DNA of 64,000 bases, from positions 647,972-711,971 of the forward strand of contig WELB01000028.1 in the NCBI GenBank assembly GCA_009602725.1, given 5' to 3'. The notes beneath the pieces were generated by a model that was not told the origin of the DNA, searched no databases, and saw only the letters and a program-made list of their open reading frames with translations. Made by a program: the position numbers and the translations under genes. The stretch comes from Spirogloea muscicola. Taxonomy: Eukaryota. Below are positions 51,196-64,000 of the stretch, piece by piece. Every line of letters begins with the position of its first letter. The first letter of the stretch is position 1.

Positions 51196-54184
51196 ATGCC
51201 GGGCCCATACGTCTCCTTCCGAGACGGCCTGGGACCTGCATTGCTCGTGAGGTCTCGTGGCACAGAAGGCAGCCCACAAGGCCACGCCGGCCGTCAGGAA
51301 CCCACAAGACGAGCAGCCGCACGGCCATGCCGGCTTGGCACGAGGAGGATGGCTCACCAGTACCGGCAAGAAAGCGCAGGGGCGGCCCACGCTGCTGCCG
51401 AGCGCGAGGCGAGCCTCTGCGACAGCAGCGGCAGCAGCGAGGCCGACGACTTCGAGTGCATGCCGGAGCTTGCTCAGGCTGAGGTGAGAAAGCCCTCCTC
51501 TGGTGTCACTGCAGTAGTAAAGCAAATCCATGAACAGTTCATGTAACCTGAATCTATCCTGTGATCCGTAAGCCGTGTACCTTATCTGCAAGTTGCTGAT
51601 ATTCACTCCTTATCAGCGAATATAAGCCTACCCCGCACGTTTCAGAGATTCCCGACGTCCAAGGGTTGCCAGAGGCGTCAATCAGCAACTCCTCCGCTCT
51701 TTGACTACCTTAATGCTTCCACCTGTCAGATCACTGTGGCGGGCCACCGCATACGGCTGATCCAGCCCAAGGACGTAGACGAGGTCATCGAAATGTACAT
51801 CAGGCAAGGTGCACTGCGGGCGGCCACTGATTTTACAAGCCTTGTCACGGGAACTTGCATCAAGAATTATGCGCTCTCTGTGTGCCCAAGATGGCTATAA
51901 GTTGGCTTTCATCATTTGCCAATCTATTGTACTTCACAAAGACCAGGATGACTGCCTCACTGCTGAGGAGATGGATGACCTGTCTATATGACCGACAACC
52001 AGGCTCTCGCAACTTGATAAGTCCCGGCTCTGGCATCCTGATATATAATGCTCTCAGCTGGAATAGACCGTTTTGTTTGTGGGATAGGCCGGATGGACAG
52101 GGACCCCTACTGGTGCAGGCTCTGGCCATCTGCAATTGCGCTGGCGGAGGAGGTCAGCCATGCATGTTCACTGGGTCTGAGCATACTTCGTGCCCAATAT
52201 TTGTGCTAGACGTTCGAATGCAGCTGCTTCTCAGTGCAGGGCTTTGTCTGCACTTGTGAAGCTCTGCTGAAGCAGCAACAATGTGCTTCTTGACCACCTC
52301 TCTCTGCTGCCTTTTGTCCATGCGCAACTGTGCTCTCATCTTCCAGACACACGGCGCTGCAGATCCTACTGCATCCTGAGCTGGTGGCTGGTCGGAAGGT
52401 GTGCGACCTCGGAGCCGGCCTCGGTGAGCCTCGACAGTAGCAGACCAGACAACACTGTCCCAACTGGCATGCAGAGTAGGGGCTTCTGCGAGCTCGGTCC
52501 GGTCTCAAGCTAGGAGTCAGAGGTCTATAGACCTGAAATGTCCTGTAGCTTGGCCATTCGAGCTCATTTTCTCCTCATAGCCCGTGCAGGCTTGGCCGGG
52601 CTTGCTGCCGCCATTGCTGGAGCTTCTGAGGTAAATTCTTCCTCGAGCCCAGCAGCCATTGCATCACTAGCTTTTTGATGTGCAACAATCTGTAACAGAT
52701 GGTCCATAATTGTGTCAGGAGCCGTCAGAGCGCCAATGTCTAGCAGCAATGCAGTGTGAGCAAGATTGCCAATGATAGAGGGCAACGCATCCCCGTTGCC
52801 ATGGTGCAGGTCGTGCTGCTCGACCGCGAGATTGTGGCGCTACAGTGTGCAATGCTGACAGCCCATGCGAATCTGCCGGGGCTCTCCACCAACCTCCCGC
52901 TCCTGCTCCCACTGCAACCGTCGCGGTCGTGGCTGCCGGCAGTCCACCCCACTGCGATGCCCTCGCACCTCCCCGCATCCGCTCTGCCCCTCAACTCTAT
53001 GCTCCCCATCAGCGACCTGCAAGCACGGACAGACGCCTCGCTTCCAGCCTGTCAATCAGCAATCGAGGACTCAGATGCGAGTTGTACTCCTACAGCAGCA
53101 AGCAGATGCTCGGAGCTTGCTAGCAACTCGTCAGGCAGGCCGGGAGTGTTAGCTCATTGCAATGCAGGATCAGATGGTGCACCCGATGAAGAGTCTTGGC
53201 CAGGGAGCTCAGAAGGCTCTTCTTGTCCTGCCTACCATGATACTCAGCAAAGAGGTCCACTGCTGATGAGGGCGGAGGTTTTTGATTGGGGAGACAAAGA
53301 TGCGTGCATGAAGGAATTTGACGTGGTAATCTGCCAAGTCTGCAATACCTACACTGTGATTGTGAAGTTGCTCTGCAGCAGGGCTTGCACTTTCAGTCTC
53401 CGTCGTACTTCTCACTCCGCAGTCCTGCAGAGCAGGTGTTGGCCTGTGATGTCCTGTACGAGAAGCCAGCCGTCGACCTCATTGCCGACTTGGTCCCTCG
53501 TCTTCTGAGGCCATGGTATGACAACTTACTCCATAAATTTCCCAACTTCAGCTTCAAAGCCGTTGTATATGCAGCAGCTTAATGTCAGGAACAGCTGCTG
53601 CAAAAGACTCTCCAATAGTGGCAAAAGCTTTGATGAGCGTGCAATTGATGTTACGAACTTCGTGAGCCTGGCCCCAGTGACAACCCCCTCCTACTGATTA
53701 GCGATCCGGTGGAGAGAAACCCCAAGAACCGGGAGCGCTTTGTGGACCTGATGGACGCTGCAAATGGCCCAATGCTCCTGGTGAGTTGCCGGGGTAGCAG
53801 CAGCAGTTGGAGCCACCGAGCTATAAATTGGCTGGTGGAAGTTAGAGATTTTGACCGGGCTCCTGTAATTGCTGCCTTTTTGGAGAGCAATATCTTCATG
53901 ACGAATGAGGCGCGAAGAGAATTGGGTGTTCACCAGCTGATTGGTCCTGTACATTGCAGGAGCTCCAGAGCATGGAGACAAGGATGGCTGTCATGGACAA
54001 CAGTGCCCATCCTATTGAGCTCCTGGCATTTGCAGGCAGAGCGATCGAGAAGTCAAAGCTTCCCATGGCTGTGATAGGCACACAAATGAGCCCTGATTCT
54101 GTTGCTCCATTTTCAAGAGGGAGCAGGCCAGATTGCTTGGACCGTCCCCGTTCACCTATGTCCACCTTGCTGCGCTGCATTTGA
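51196..54184 (+). CDS. SAM-dependent methyltransferase, family 16 (METTL21/nicotinamide N-methyltransferase-like), multi-exon
   Basis: Spliced segments: ITVAGHRIRLIQPKDVDEVI, DPYWCRLWPSAIALAEE, VAGRKVCDLGAGL-GLAGLAAA (motif I), VVLLDRE, FDWGD, VLACDVLYE (DxxY motif), LLISDP..R.RF. Start and stop are approximate. Confidence 0.8.
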
Positions 54185-54809
54185 CTCCGAGTGGTCTTCC
54201 TGGCTTAGCAGGTAAGGCATGTGGTGCGAGCTACCTTTGCTAGCCTTCCCGGTGCCTTGATTGTAGCGTGTGTCAGCTAGTTATGTAATGGCGGCCTAGG
54301 TGAAGACAAGGTGCTGAGCACTTGATGAGCACTGCCGTAAGTACTCCTAAGGCAGACACAAGATGCTACCTTCGCAGCACAGCAGTGCACGCTCAGTCCC
54401 GTCCTTCGTTCCGTGTGACGCAAGCCAGGATAAAGGGGGAAGTGTCGTCACAAGGTTGAGACTACAAGCTCCAGAATGATACTGAAGCATCTTTGAAAAA
54501 ATGTGTCGTATGTGTTGCCGTATGTGTGCCGTATGTGTTGCTGCGTTGATGCGCTCGTTTGCTGTTGCCATATTGGAGTGCTGCAGTGAGTCGGGGGAAA
54601 TCTTCCATCTGGACTGGTTAAGGCAGGAAGCGCTAGCCGAGCACACTGTAAAGATGGGCTATGAGCTTTGAAAGTAGCACACGGCACTGGTTCTTACTCT
54701 GTACGGTCTAAGCTTGGCATCACATACATGATTTGCTGACATGGTAATCTTATGTGCGATCGTCCTCATGTGCTATCTGCACTGTCCTGGTGCAAAGCTT
54801 GCTGTAGCC

Positions 54810-56428
54810 TCACACTTCAGAACCCCAGAGGCGGACTAAGTGGCCTATCTCCTGCTCCATGTTCAACTGAATGACCTGGTCCCTTGCATCACTGTCGCCA
54901 GCCGCAATGCCTGCAATCACGCGTCCAATGCCAAAGCTCAGCTCCGTCTTCCTCTTGACGATGGTGCCGATGCGGAACTCGTTCACTCTGACGGCTTTGT
55001 CCCTCATCTCGCCTCTCACTGCTATGCTCAAGCCCCTGCAAAAAGATCACGAGTGCGGAAGGTCGCCACATTGCAGTCATGGCATCACAAACACCTCAGA
55101 CAAGTGCCTTTGGTAGCTTCGTTGAGCTTTGCCCCACTCCTCACATTGCACAACATTAAGGTATGCTACTCTCTTGGTAGTGTCTGAAGAAGTCCAAGAA
55201 TCTGCATAAGGACAGATTGGCAGTGTCTGCAGAAGCCAACAACAGGCCGCGAGGGTAGCACACGTACCAGAGTGCGGCAGCGCCAATGGTGGTGAAGCCA
55301 GCTCCATCCATGAAAGATCCCCCGAGGCTCCCTGAGATGAACGTGAACGACGAGCCTGCGCGGTCCTGCAGGCGCGGCAGGAACTTGGTGGCCACCACGT
55401 AATGTGAACCGCAGCAGTCACTGAGTGCCTCTGTCAGGAAGCTCAGCGGCTTGTCCCCCACAACGGGCGTGTTCCACACTCCTGAGCCGAGGCTTGTGAC
55501 AACCTGGACGGTGTCCAGGCACGTGTTGAGCAAGACTCAGGTCTTCATGTCAGGTCACAGTAAGCACAGTGCGACTGAATCTCAAGAACACGTATGACTA
55601 GGATACTCTGAATTTCTCTCTGCGAGAGCATGCATAGTCACACTCCTGAGCCTAGAAGTGGCCTGCCTAACTTCAGACCAAGCAGCAGCTGCAGTTGGAG
55701 TAAGGCCAGAGAAACTCAAGCGAATGCTGTCAATATGCAAGCCGAGACGATGACGTACTTACGTGATCAAGCTGGCCATCCAAGTTCCCGTCAATGTACT
55801 GCATGCCCATGGACCACAAGAGGCACACCGCTCAACTTTGGGCAGTGCAGAAGGTGAATGGAAAGCGCGAGGGGCTGGAGAACGACTTTGAGCACATCTT
55901 GGTGCTCGAGCTAGTACTCGCCGTATTACCTAGTGTGTCAGCCGTAAATTTCCTCAAATGAATTTGGGGTCCGGGAGTAGCCAGCGGGATGGGCTGCCAG
56001 CTGGTGCAGAAAGGCCGTTGTGGCCCTGGCCGAAATCACCTTGAGAATGTACCGCGCGCCATCCTCGCTACTGACGTCCACCTTGACGAGGTGCAGCTCC
56101 TCCGTCTCGCCGCACTCGCTCCGCAGCGTATCCAGCCGCTGCGCGTTGCGCGACGGCACCACCACGCTACACATCGAGGACCAGAGGAGCCCATGTTAGC
56201 GGCTGCAGTGGCACAGAGGTGGGCACTGCAGCCGACGACCGAACCGCTAGCGGTTGATGGCGGCGGCGGGGGAGGCCAAGTGGAAGCGGCGCCTCACGTG
56301 GCGCCGCCGGCGAGGAAGCTGCGCACGATGCCCGAGCCGACGGTGCCGGTGCCGCCGGCCACCAGGGCGACCTGGCGGCGCACTGCGGCCGCGCGGCCGG
56401 GCCGTGAGCGACTGACGGGCTGCACTCA
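54810..56428 (-). CDS. SDR family protein, diverged paralog of the 1641-2982 gene
   Basis: QVALVAGGTGTVGSGIV, VVVPSR..VDVSSEDGA, a 36-nt micro-exon at about 55763-55798, VVTSLGSG..GFTTIGAAALW and AVRVNEFRI. Same intron positions. Start uncertain. Confidence 0.8.
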
Positions 56429-57516
56429 TCCCAAAGGCGGTGCACACCAGCGAACGCGCAATGCAGCTCCTCTAGGAATGCGGCGAGCGGGCGATGGCGC
56501 CGCCGCGGCCCAGCAGCGGCCGCTGGCGGCTTCTCGAGCGGCCGCCGCGGCGGTGGGTAGATGGGAGTGAAGGTTGCATTCTTGAAGGGTTCTTGGCGCG
56601 GCGGGGAGGCGGAGCGGGGAGACCTGGCCTTGGAGGCGCGCGGACGGCCCCGGCGCCATGGCCGCCGCTGCCTCCGCCGCCGCCGCCGCCGCCGCCGGCG
56701 GTGAGGGGGGAGCCTGGGTGTCTACCGCTGCTGGGGGGCCACGTGGGACGGCGCCGCGTGGCCGGGCCGGCCGATCACGGCAATCATGGGGGATGCCCAC
56801 TTGGGGCGAGCCGGGAAGTACCTCCCGAGGCGCTTGCGGCCCACAGGCGGGGACACCCCCCCTTTCATGCATCGATCAGTGACCTTTATGTTTTGACCCG
56901 TGGTTATTGAGCGGGTCAATCCGCTGTAGGTTATGTAGATCTTCAGATGTGCTTGCCTTTGTACTTGGCCATTTGGCCTTACATTTGTTTCTTATACACG
57001 AAATTCCTTCCCCTCCTGGGGCGGTGTCCGTAGCTGCTTGGTTTCTTTGTGTGCTTGTTTCTTAGCGCTTCCCCTGGCCCCCTTCTCGTACTCTGTTCAT
57101 TTTGTTTTGGGCTGGCTTTTCAGCCCCTGTCCTCAATGGGCGAGCACTTTCTCCCTCCTTTGCTTTTGGGACCTCTCGGCCAGAATGCTGCTCTCGTTCA
57201 GTCGTGCAGCGCTCGTAAGCTCTGCTATCCATCGGCGTGCTGGGCGCACCAAGGCTGGCCAGCGGCTTCTATGGCGGNGCAGCCTCAGGTCAGAGAGACT
57301 GGGTTCCTGGAAGCGGGTCCCCTGGCCAGAGCCAGAGGCAGCAGCGAGGGCTCTGCCTGCACGCAGGTGCAGCGCGCGGGCCATAGACCTCTGCAGCGAG
57401 ACGGCCAAGCGCATGCGGTACACCTGCGCTAGCGACCCTGCTGCATGGGAGTCCACCGGCTCCCCATGGAAGCGGCGGGCAATGGCGTGACGAGAGAGCT
57501 GGTTGAGCAGCTCGAG

Positions 57517-58690
57517 CCCCCCCCTTTAGACTATCCGGAGCGTCAGTCGCTGTCGCCGTTGTCGCGGTAGTCGCCGCCGTCGTCGTCGTCGTCGTTGTCG
57601 TTGTCAGAGTCGTTCCGTCGGCGTTGGGATGGTCGTCGTTGTCTGGTGCCGGACCGGCCACCCCCCCCATCCGAGGGAACGAGAGCGGGGTCGCGTAGCC
57701 GGTGGGGCTTCATTTGACTCACATGGGCCGTTGTCGAGGTGGGGCGACGGGGGTCCAGTCGCCGGCAGCGGTAGGAGATGGGCCCAAGCTGGGCAGTTAC
57801 CTCGTAGGGCCCGTGCCAACGGGGCATGAGCTTGGCCGCCAGGCCCACCCGCCGGGGGGGGGGTGTGCAGGAGGACTTGGTCCCCCACGTTGAAGGCGCG
57901 GTCGGCGTGGCGCCGGTTGTACCTTCGGGCTTGCCTGGTCTGGGCGTGGCGCAGCCGCTCAGCTACTTCCGCCCGGATAATGGGGAGGCTGTGGCGCAGG
58001 TTCTGCTCCCACTGCAGGGCTTCGGGTGTCGGGTGGCCGTGCTGCGGCAGCCCAAGGAACGCCGGGGACACCGGGCGCCGCCCGTACAGCGCTCGGATGG
58101 GCGACGTTCCGGTGCTTCTCATGGTCGGCGCAGTTGTAAGGCGGCCAGCAGCAGTGGGAAGTAGTAGGGTGTGGTGAAGGTCTGCCAGACGCCCAGCTCG
58201 TTGCAGACCTGGTCCATGATGTGGCCGGTGAAGTTGGTTCCGACGTCCGTCAGGAGTCTCCGAGGGCACATTTGGTGGCACACCACATCCCTTATATCTT
58301 ATAGACCTTGTCCATCCCTTTGGGGCTGACCTCTCCCAGCCACCAGTTAATCTGGCCGCGCTTGCTTTCTTATTAGAAACGTGGCCACGCTGTCGGCGGT
58401 GGCATCGGGCAGGGCCGCTCCGATCACCAGTCAGGTAGTCGGTGGCAGACACAACATACCTGTGGCCCCTTCCCGTCACTGGAAAGGGGCCCATTATGTC
58501 GCAGGCAACGAGTTCGAACGGCGCGTGCACCGCGATAGGCTGGAGCGCGCCGGGGTGCGAGGCCGGAGGGACTTCGCGCTTGCCGCACGCGCGGCAGCTG
58601 GCGACGTAGTCGTGGACGTCCCAGCGCATGCGCGGCCAGATGCAGGCGGCGCGCAGCTTGTCCAGGGTTTTGTGAAACCCTATTTCTCTT
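57517..58690 (-). mobile_element. Second Ty3/gypsy integrase remnant (no chromodomain seen), interrupted by a retro 3' end
   Basis: DYVASCRACG, PFELVACDIMGPFP, ATDYLT, KLMPRWHGPYEV and AHVSQMKP. PPT-like AAAGGGGGGG at about 57517-57528. RLE 3' end at about 58300-58370. Confidence 0.85.
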
Positions 58691-58956
58691 CATGTTAGCA
58701 AGCCACAGGCCACGCAGAAACACTAAGAACAACAAGCACAAAAAGAAACGAAGCAGCTACGAAGCATTCAGTAACCCCTGCTAAGCAGCCTCAGGTCAGA
58801 GAACTGGGTTCCTGGAAGCGGGTCCCCTGGCCAGAGCCAGAGGCAGCAGCGAGGGCTCTGCCTGCACGCAGGTGCAGCGCGCGGGCCATAGACCTCTGCA
58901 GCGAGACGGCCAAGCGCATGCGGTACACCTGCGCTAGCGACCCTGCTGCAAACGCG

Positions 58957-60535
58957 GCTCCTGGAGCTGCTCGCTTGCTGAAACGAGGCCTCCAGCTCCT
59001 GCTGGTGCATTCATCCAAACTCGACACCTCTCATGGGCTGGCAAGTTCCTGGAGCAGCCACTTCTCCATGTTGTCCACCTGTGGCTCTTACAGCCAACTG
59101 ATCTTGAACCTGAGCTGCTTCACAGGCTGCTCGTCACAGAAGGCTCGCCCTTCTGCTGCCACACGACTGTCACTATGCCAGCTTTCCTGCAGCCGTTCAT
59201 TTCTGATACCTTGCCGTCAGCTTCGTGCTCTGCTTCTTTTTCGCTGTCCATCTGCGGGCGGTTGTTTGCTCGCACTAATGCAAGGAGCAAAGCTGAGTAA
59301 ATACATTTGGGTGCGCTGCCCTCCTTCGGCACGGGAGTTGCCCTCTCATCACCCAAAGCTTTTCAAAGCAACCATTGTTATCCTCCCCCTTTCCCTCCCC
59401 CTCGATGGCCTTCAGAATCTTCCAGGCAAAGCCATGTCTTCACAAGCGTCAGTGTCACGCTGGATTGCCAGTACCTGCATTCAAATAACAGGCCATGTTG
59501 CATGAGGGCGGCCTAGCCTCCGCTCCATGCAGCACCTCAAGCACCTAAAGCAGATGCCGGCAAAGAGATGATCTGACCAGACCGTCTTTGATGACCTGCA
59601 GAGGAGTAGAGGGTGATGGTCTCTCTCTCTCGCATTGACGCCGTCTTCTAGTCAACACCATGGACTTGTTAATGCATACATGGGCTAAGACCAACTGTAA
59701 ATCTACAAATGCAAATGTAGCAAGCGACATTTTTCCCCGCTTGGGCTGGCACCCATTGAGAACATCGTCTGCACTTCCTATTGCGAGACACTTATGAGCT
59801 GAAGTCTTCAACAATGTCCTCTCCACATTCTTTTGAACCCCCTTCCGAACTCAAGCAAAGCATACCAGCGAAAGCTGGCAGTCCAAGTCCAGGGCTGTAT
59901 TTAGGGGTCGTGTTCCTGAATAGAGCACGAAGGCCTCAACCTGACTTCATATTTAGACCGGCGCCAGATCTTGCAGCTTGCCACTAGCTATGCAACATGT
60001 GGTACAGTTTCTTGCACCCATTGCAAGGCAAGCACTGCAAAGCAGGTCATGTTTGCAGCACTCCTTGCAAATCAAGGGCATGTATGAATGGTGTCAGTGT
60101 CATGCAACCACTCCTTTCACCGGAATGCTGCAGTAGCTGAGGAACCGACTGTTTAGTCCAATGTCGGCATCCCAAAATCAGCAAGTAAGTGCTTGGACGG
60201 ATGCACTTCGTTATTGTTTGTGAAAGTCAGCGATTGAGTTGTCTTTGAAGTGAAAGCAAAGCCTTTTTGTTCTATTTGTTGTAATTTCTGCCCATGTGCT
60301 CTGTCTACGTATAGGCCCATCAAGTTGAAAATGAGTATATATGATTCTCCTCATGCAAGTATTGTTAGTCCCTGCTGCGTCCTCAATATGTAGAAAATGA
60401 AACAATATGCAAAAGCGCAACATCAGGCTCCTGGAGCACTACCGTGTCACAATGCTGCCGAACCTCTTAGCCTGATATAGCCAGCAGCTGCTGGAGTTCC
60501 TGGTCACTACGCAAGCTAATGATCTGACTGCTGGG
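58957..60535 (-). repeat. Older diverged tandem duplicate of 60598-62160 (SDR 3' end and downstream flank)
   Basis: Colinear similarity throughout. Retains the SDR tail SSQIISLRSDQELQQLLAISG-stop at 60467-60530. Confidence 0.85.
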
Positions 60536-60983
60536 GTGCATGGTGCCCCGGTTGGCCAGTCGCCAACCGTTGCTTCCTTGCACAGCCAGTAGACGCGGGC
60601 TCCTGGAGCTGCTCGCTTCACTGAAACGAGGTCTCCAGTCTCCTGCTGGTGTATTCGTCCGAACTCGACACCTCTCATGGGCTGGCAAGTTCCTGGAGCA
60701 GCACTTCTTATGTGTCACACCTGTGGCTCTTCACTCACTTATCTTGAACATGAGCTGCTTCGCAGGCTACTTGTCACATCTTGGAAGGCTCGCCCTTCTG
60801 CTGCCACACGACTGTCATTATGCTGGCTCAGACTGCGGCATTTCCTGCAGCCGTTCCACTCTGGTACTTGTCGTCAGCTGCGTAATCTGCTTCTTTCTTT
60901 ACCGCTGTCCATCAGCGGGCACTTTTTACTCGCACTAATGCAAGGAGCTAAGCTGAGTATTCACACTTGGGCCTCTACCCTCC

Positions 60984-63467
60984 TCCGGTGTTGAGAGTCG
61001 CCCTTTCATCACCCAAAGCTTTTGAAAGAAACCTATGTTATCCCCCCTTCCCCTCCCACTTGATGGCCTTAGAATCTTCCAGGCAAAGCCATGTCTTCAC
61101 AAGCGTCAATGCCACCCTGGATTGTCGGTACCTGCACTCAGTTGCTAGGCCATGTTGCACGAGGGCGGCCTAGCTTCCACTCCAAACAGCACCTGAAGCA
61201 CCTAAGGCAGTAGTCGCCAAACGAATGACCTGACCAGACTGACTTTGTTGACCTGCACAGATCCGAAGGGTGATGTTGGTCTCTCTATTTCCCAATGACT
61301 CATTCTTGTTCTCATTACCATGAACTTGTTGAGGCATATAAGGCTACGACCAACTGTAGACCTGTAGCAAGCCACCGAGTCCCCCGCTTGGGCTGGCACC
61401 CGTTGAGAACATCAATAGCACTTCCGACTGTGAGACCCTTATAAGCCGAAATCACTTAGGAAATGCCTTTGCATTCTCTTGAACCCTTTCAACCTCAGCC
61501 AAAGAAAACCAGCGAAAGCTGGCAGTCCAAGTTTAGGGCTGCGGTAAGGGTTGTGTTCCTGAAGGCCTCAACCTGACTTCATACTCAGACCAGCGTCAGA
61601 TCTTGCAGCTTGCCACTAGCCATGCAACATGTAATACAGTTCCTTGCACCAATTGTGATGCAAGCACTGCCAAGCAGGTCATGTTGCACATCTTGCAGAT
61701 CACGGGCATGAGTGATTGGTATAAGTGGCATGCAACCACTCCTTTCACTGGAATGCTGCAGCAGCTGAGGAACCAACTGTTAAGTCCAGTGATGGCATCT
61801 CAACATCAGCAAGTAAGTGCTTGGACGGAAGCATTTTCGATATTTGTGAAAGTCAGCTATGAGTTGTCTTAGAAAGAAAGCAAAGCCTGAAGCTTTTGCT
61901 CTACTCGTTGTAATTTTTGCCCATGAGCTCTGTCTACGTATAGGCCCATCAAGCTGAGATAAGTACACGTGATTCTCCTCATGCGATTACCGCTGGTCCC
62001 TGCTGCGTCCTCAAGCGCTAAGGAAAAAAATCAATATGCATAAGCGCAACATCATGCTCCTGGAGCACTTCCATGTCAGGAAGCTGCCAAACCTCTTAGC
62101 CTGATGCAGCCAGCAGCTGCTGGATGTCCTGGTCATTACGTAAGCTGATGACCTGACTGCTTGCCTGATTTTCTCCAGCAGATATGCCCGCCAGAACCTG
62201 GCCGATGCCACGGCCAATTTCGGTATTACGCTCTATGGCCATCATGATCCGAAATTCATTCACACGGACTGCCTTCTCCTTCATCTCCTCCCTCACGACA
62301 ATGCTTAAGCCCCTGCAAGATACAGAATTGCAAGTGTAAGCCTCACTGTAGTCATCCTGTAACACCTGGCAAGTCATAGAGGCACATTTGCCAAACCTGC
62401 TTCAGGGTTTTTTGTTATCAAGGCCAGTCAAGGTCTAAGCATACCACAGGGCGGCGGCACCAACAGTCGTGAACCCTGCTCCTGGCATGTAGGCCCCACC
62501 GAGGCCGCCGGTGATGATTGTGTACGTGGAGCCAGCCTGGTTCTTAAGCTTTGGCAGGAAGGCGTTTGCAACGACATAGTGCGATATGCAGAGATCTGCG
62601 ATGGCCTTTGCCAGATGGCTAGATGGCTTGTCTCCTATAACTGGTGCATTGTAGTACCCGCTACCCAAGCTCGTCACCAACTGCAACATGGCAAGACTGA
62701 GATGGAGTCATGTCGTGCTTATGTCTGAACATTGGAGGGACTTGAAAGTAGCAGGGCAAGCAATAGGTGAGCTTGTTCGGGGCTTGCACAATGCAGCTCA
62801 ACATGTAAGACAGAAAAGTCGAGGTCTTTGTCGCTGGGTATCCAACTCAGTCTCAGGTACAGTCCAGTCCAGTCACAGAGGTTGCCCAAGCCAGCCAGAT
62901 GTGCAGATCGCATTTGAGGCACAGTTGTCAGTGTCTATCTGCACAGACATGGTTGTTGTCCTCACATGATTTAGCTGCCCTCCAAGCTTCTCCTCAATGT
63001 ACTGTGGAGAAGCAGCACAAATGCCTAGTCAGCGCGAGCATTTTAAATTTTCCAGCCAACAACTCTCAGGACACAGCTACAGAGCAGCTTTAAGGGGTCC
63101 GACCTTTGCAACGACTTGAGCTCCATCCTCCGTGCTGACGTCAGCATTGACGAGGTAGAGGTCCTGGGCGCCGCCGCACTCAGTACTGAGGGTGTTGAGC
63201 GCGTCGACGCGTCTGGAGGGGACGACGACTCTGCAGCCCATGTACCACCAGAATGATGAAGCTGGACATATAAGTACACAAGCGCCAGAGTGCTCTAAGG
63301 CCCAGAATGTTGCTGGAGGATCTGCAACGCGAAGGTTCTCACTTGGCGCCAGCGTTGAGGAAACCATGCACAATGCTTGATCCTACTGTGCCTGCGCCGC
63401 CGGCTACGAGCGCGACCTGTACGCGTCCAACTTTCATCCAAGGTGACCTTGGCTGGGGGACCTTGGC
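60984..63467. repeat. Right arm of the 2484-bp inverted duplication (partner 1611-4094)
   Basis: Reverse complement of 1611-4094 with only scattered substitutions. Confidence 0.97.
62096..63437 (-). CDS. SDR family protein, near-identical inverted copy of 1641-2982
   Basis: Same exons with few amino-acid changes (NADIS/NADVS, FTTIG/FTTVG). Confidence 0.85.
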
Positions 63468-64000
63468 AGCGGGCTCAACACATTGACGCTGTGTTGAAGC
63501 CTCTCCGCCAGACACCTGAAGACCTTGACTGTGGGACTTCCCAGCCGGCATTCGAGCAGCCGCAGCTCAGCTAGGCGTCAGGTGGCGAGCAAAGTAAGGT
63601 CGAGAGACGACCGAACGTTGCCCACGAGTAGCCGATTAAGTGGGGGGCCGAGCGTTGACGAGGGGGCAGGTGAGCTCGCCTGGCCTTGCAGCCGCTGTGC
63701 TCCAGCCATGGGAAGGCGGCGAGCAGTCACAAGCCAATGAAATGGGCTTGACGAGGCAGTGGAGCCGCACTGGGGGGCGCCCAGTGTGATACTGGCCGGC
63801 CCGGCGGCAATGGGACTAGTGGCCTGCCTACGGATGCTGTGCCCGGGCCGGCACCGCGTCAGCTGACGGAGGGGCGGGTGCGAGCCCAGGGCGGGGGCGG
63901 GTTGTCGTCACCGCCGGGCCCCGCTGACGCCAGCGGCTTTTGATCCCGCACGTGTCCTCGGCCGCGTGGGCCTCGGATCCAATATGTGCGCGGCGCGTGG

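Noticed and set aside
4360..58950. Recurring GGGCTG..CAGCCC hairpins as CRISPR repeats, attC sites, REP elements or terminators
   Set aside because: Spacing and orientation are irregular, the context is eukaryotic, and the longer copies consistently follow the retro ORF stop codon.

Overview
Eukaryotic, intron-rich, GC-rich DNA, most likely from a green or streptophyte alga. Klebsormidium-like origin is an inference from the plant-type LRR receptor kinases, the TTTAGGG telomere motif and the retrotransposon-associated C5-DNA methyltransferase fragments. The core is a cluster of five LRR receptor-like kinase (LRR-RLK) paralogs in mixed orientations. Copy B (8.0-11.9 kb) looks intact and the other four are damaged. 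Their ectodomains are built from 72-nt, phase-2, one-LRR-per-exon cassettes that differ in number and identity between copies. The cluster is bracketed by a 2484-bp near-identical inverted duplication carrying an SDR gene (1611-4094 / 60984-63467). Intergenic DNA is a dense mosaic of short 3' ends from about 7 subfamilies of restriction-like-endonuclease (RLE, CRE/HERO-like) non-LTR retrotransposons. These share a C-terminal SDLxLL(T/S)R(G/N)Y-stop, and four of them share a GGGCTG-loop-CAGCC hairpin. Also present are two Ty3/gypsy remnants, two C5-DNMT fragments, a family-16 (METTL21-like) methyltransferase gene and a third SDR paralog. Exon boundaries were read by eye from splice sites and paralog comparison. 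No database searches were run.
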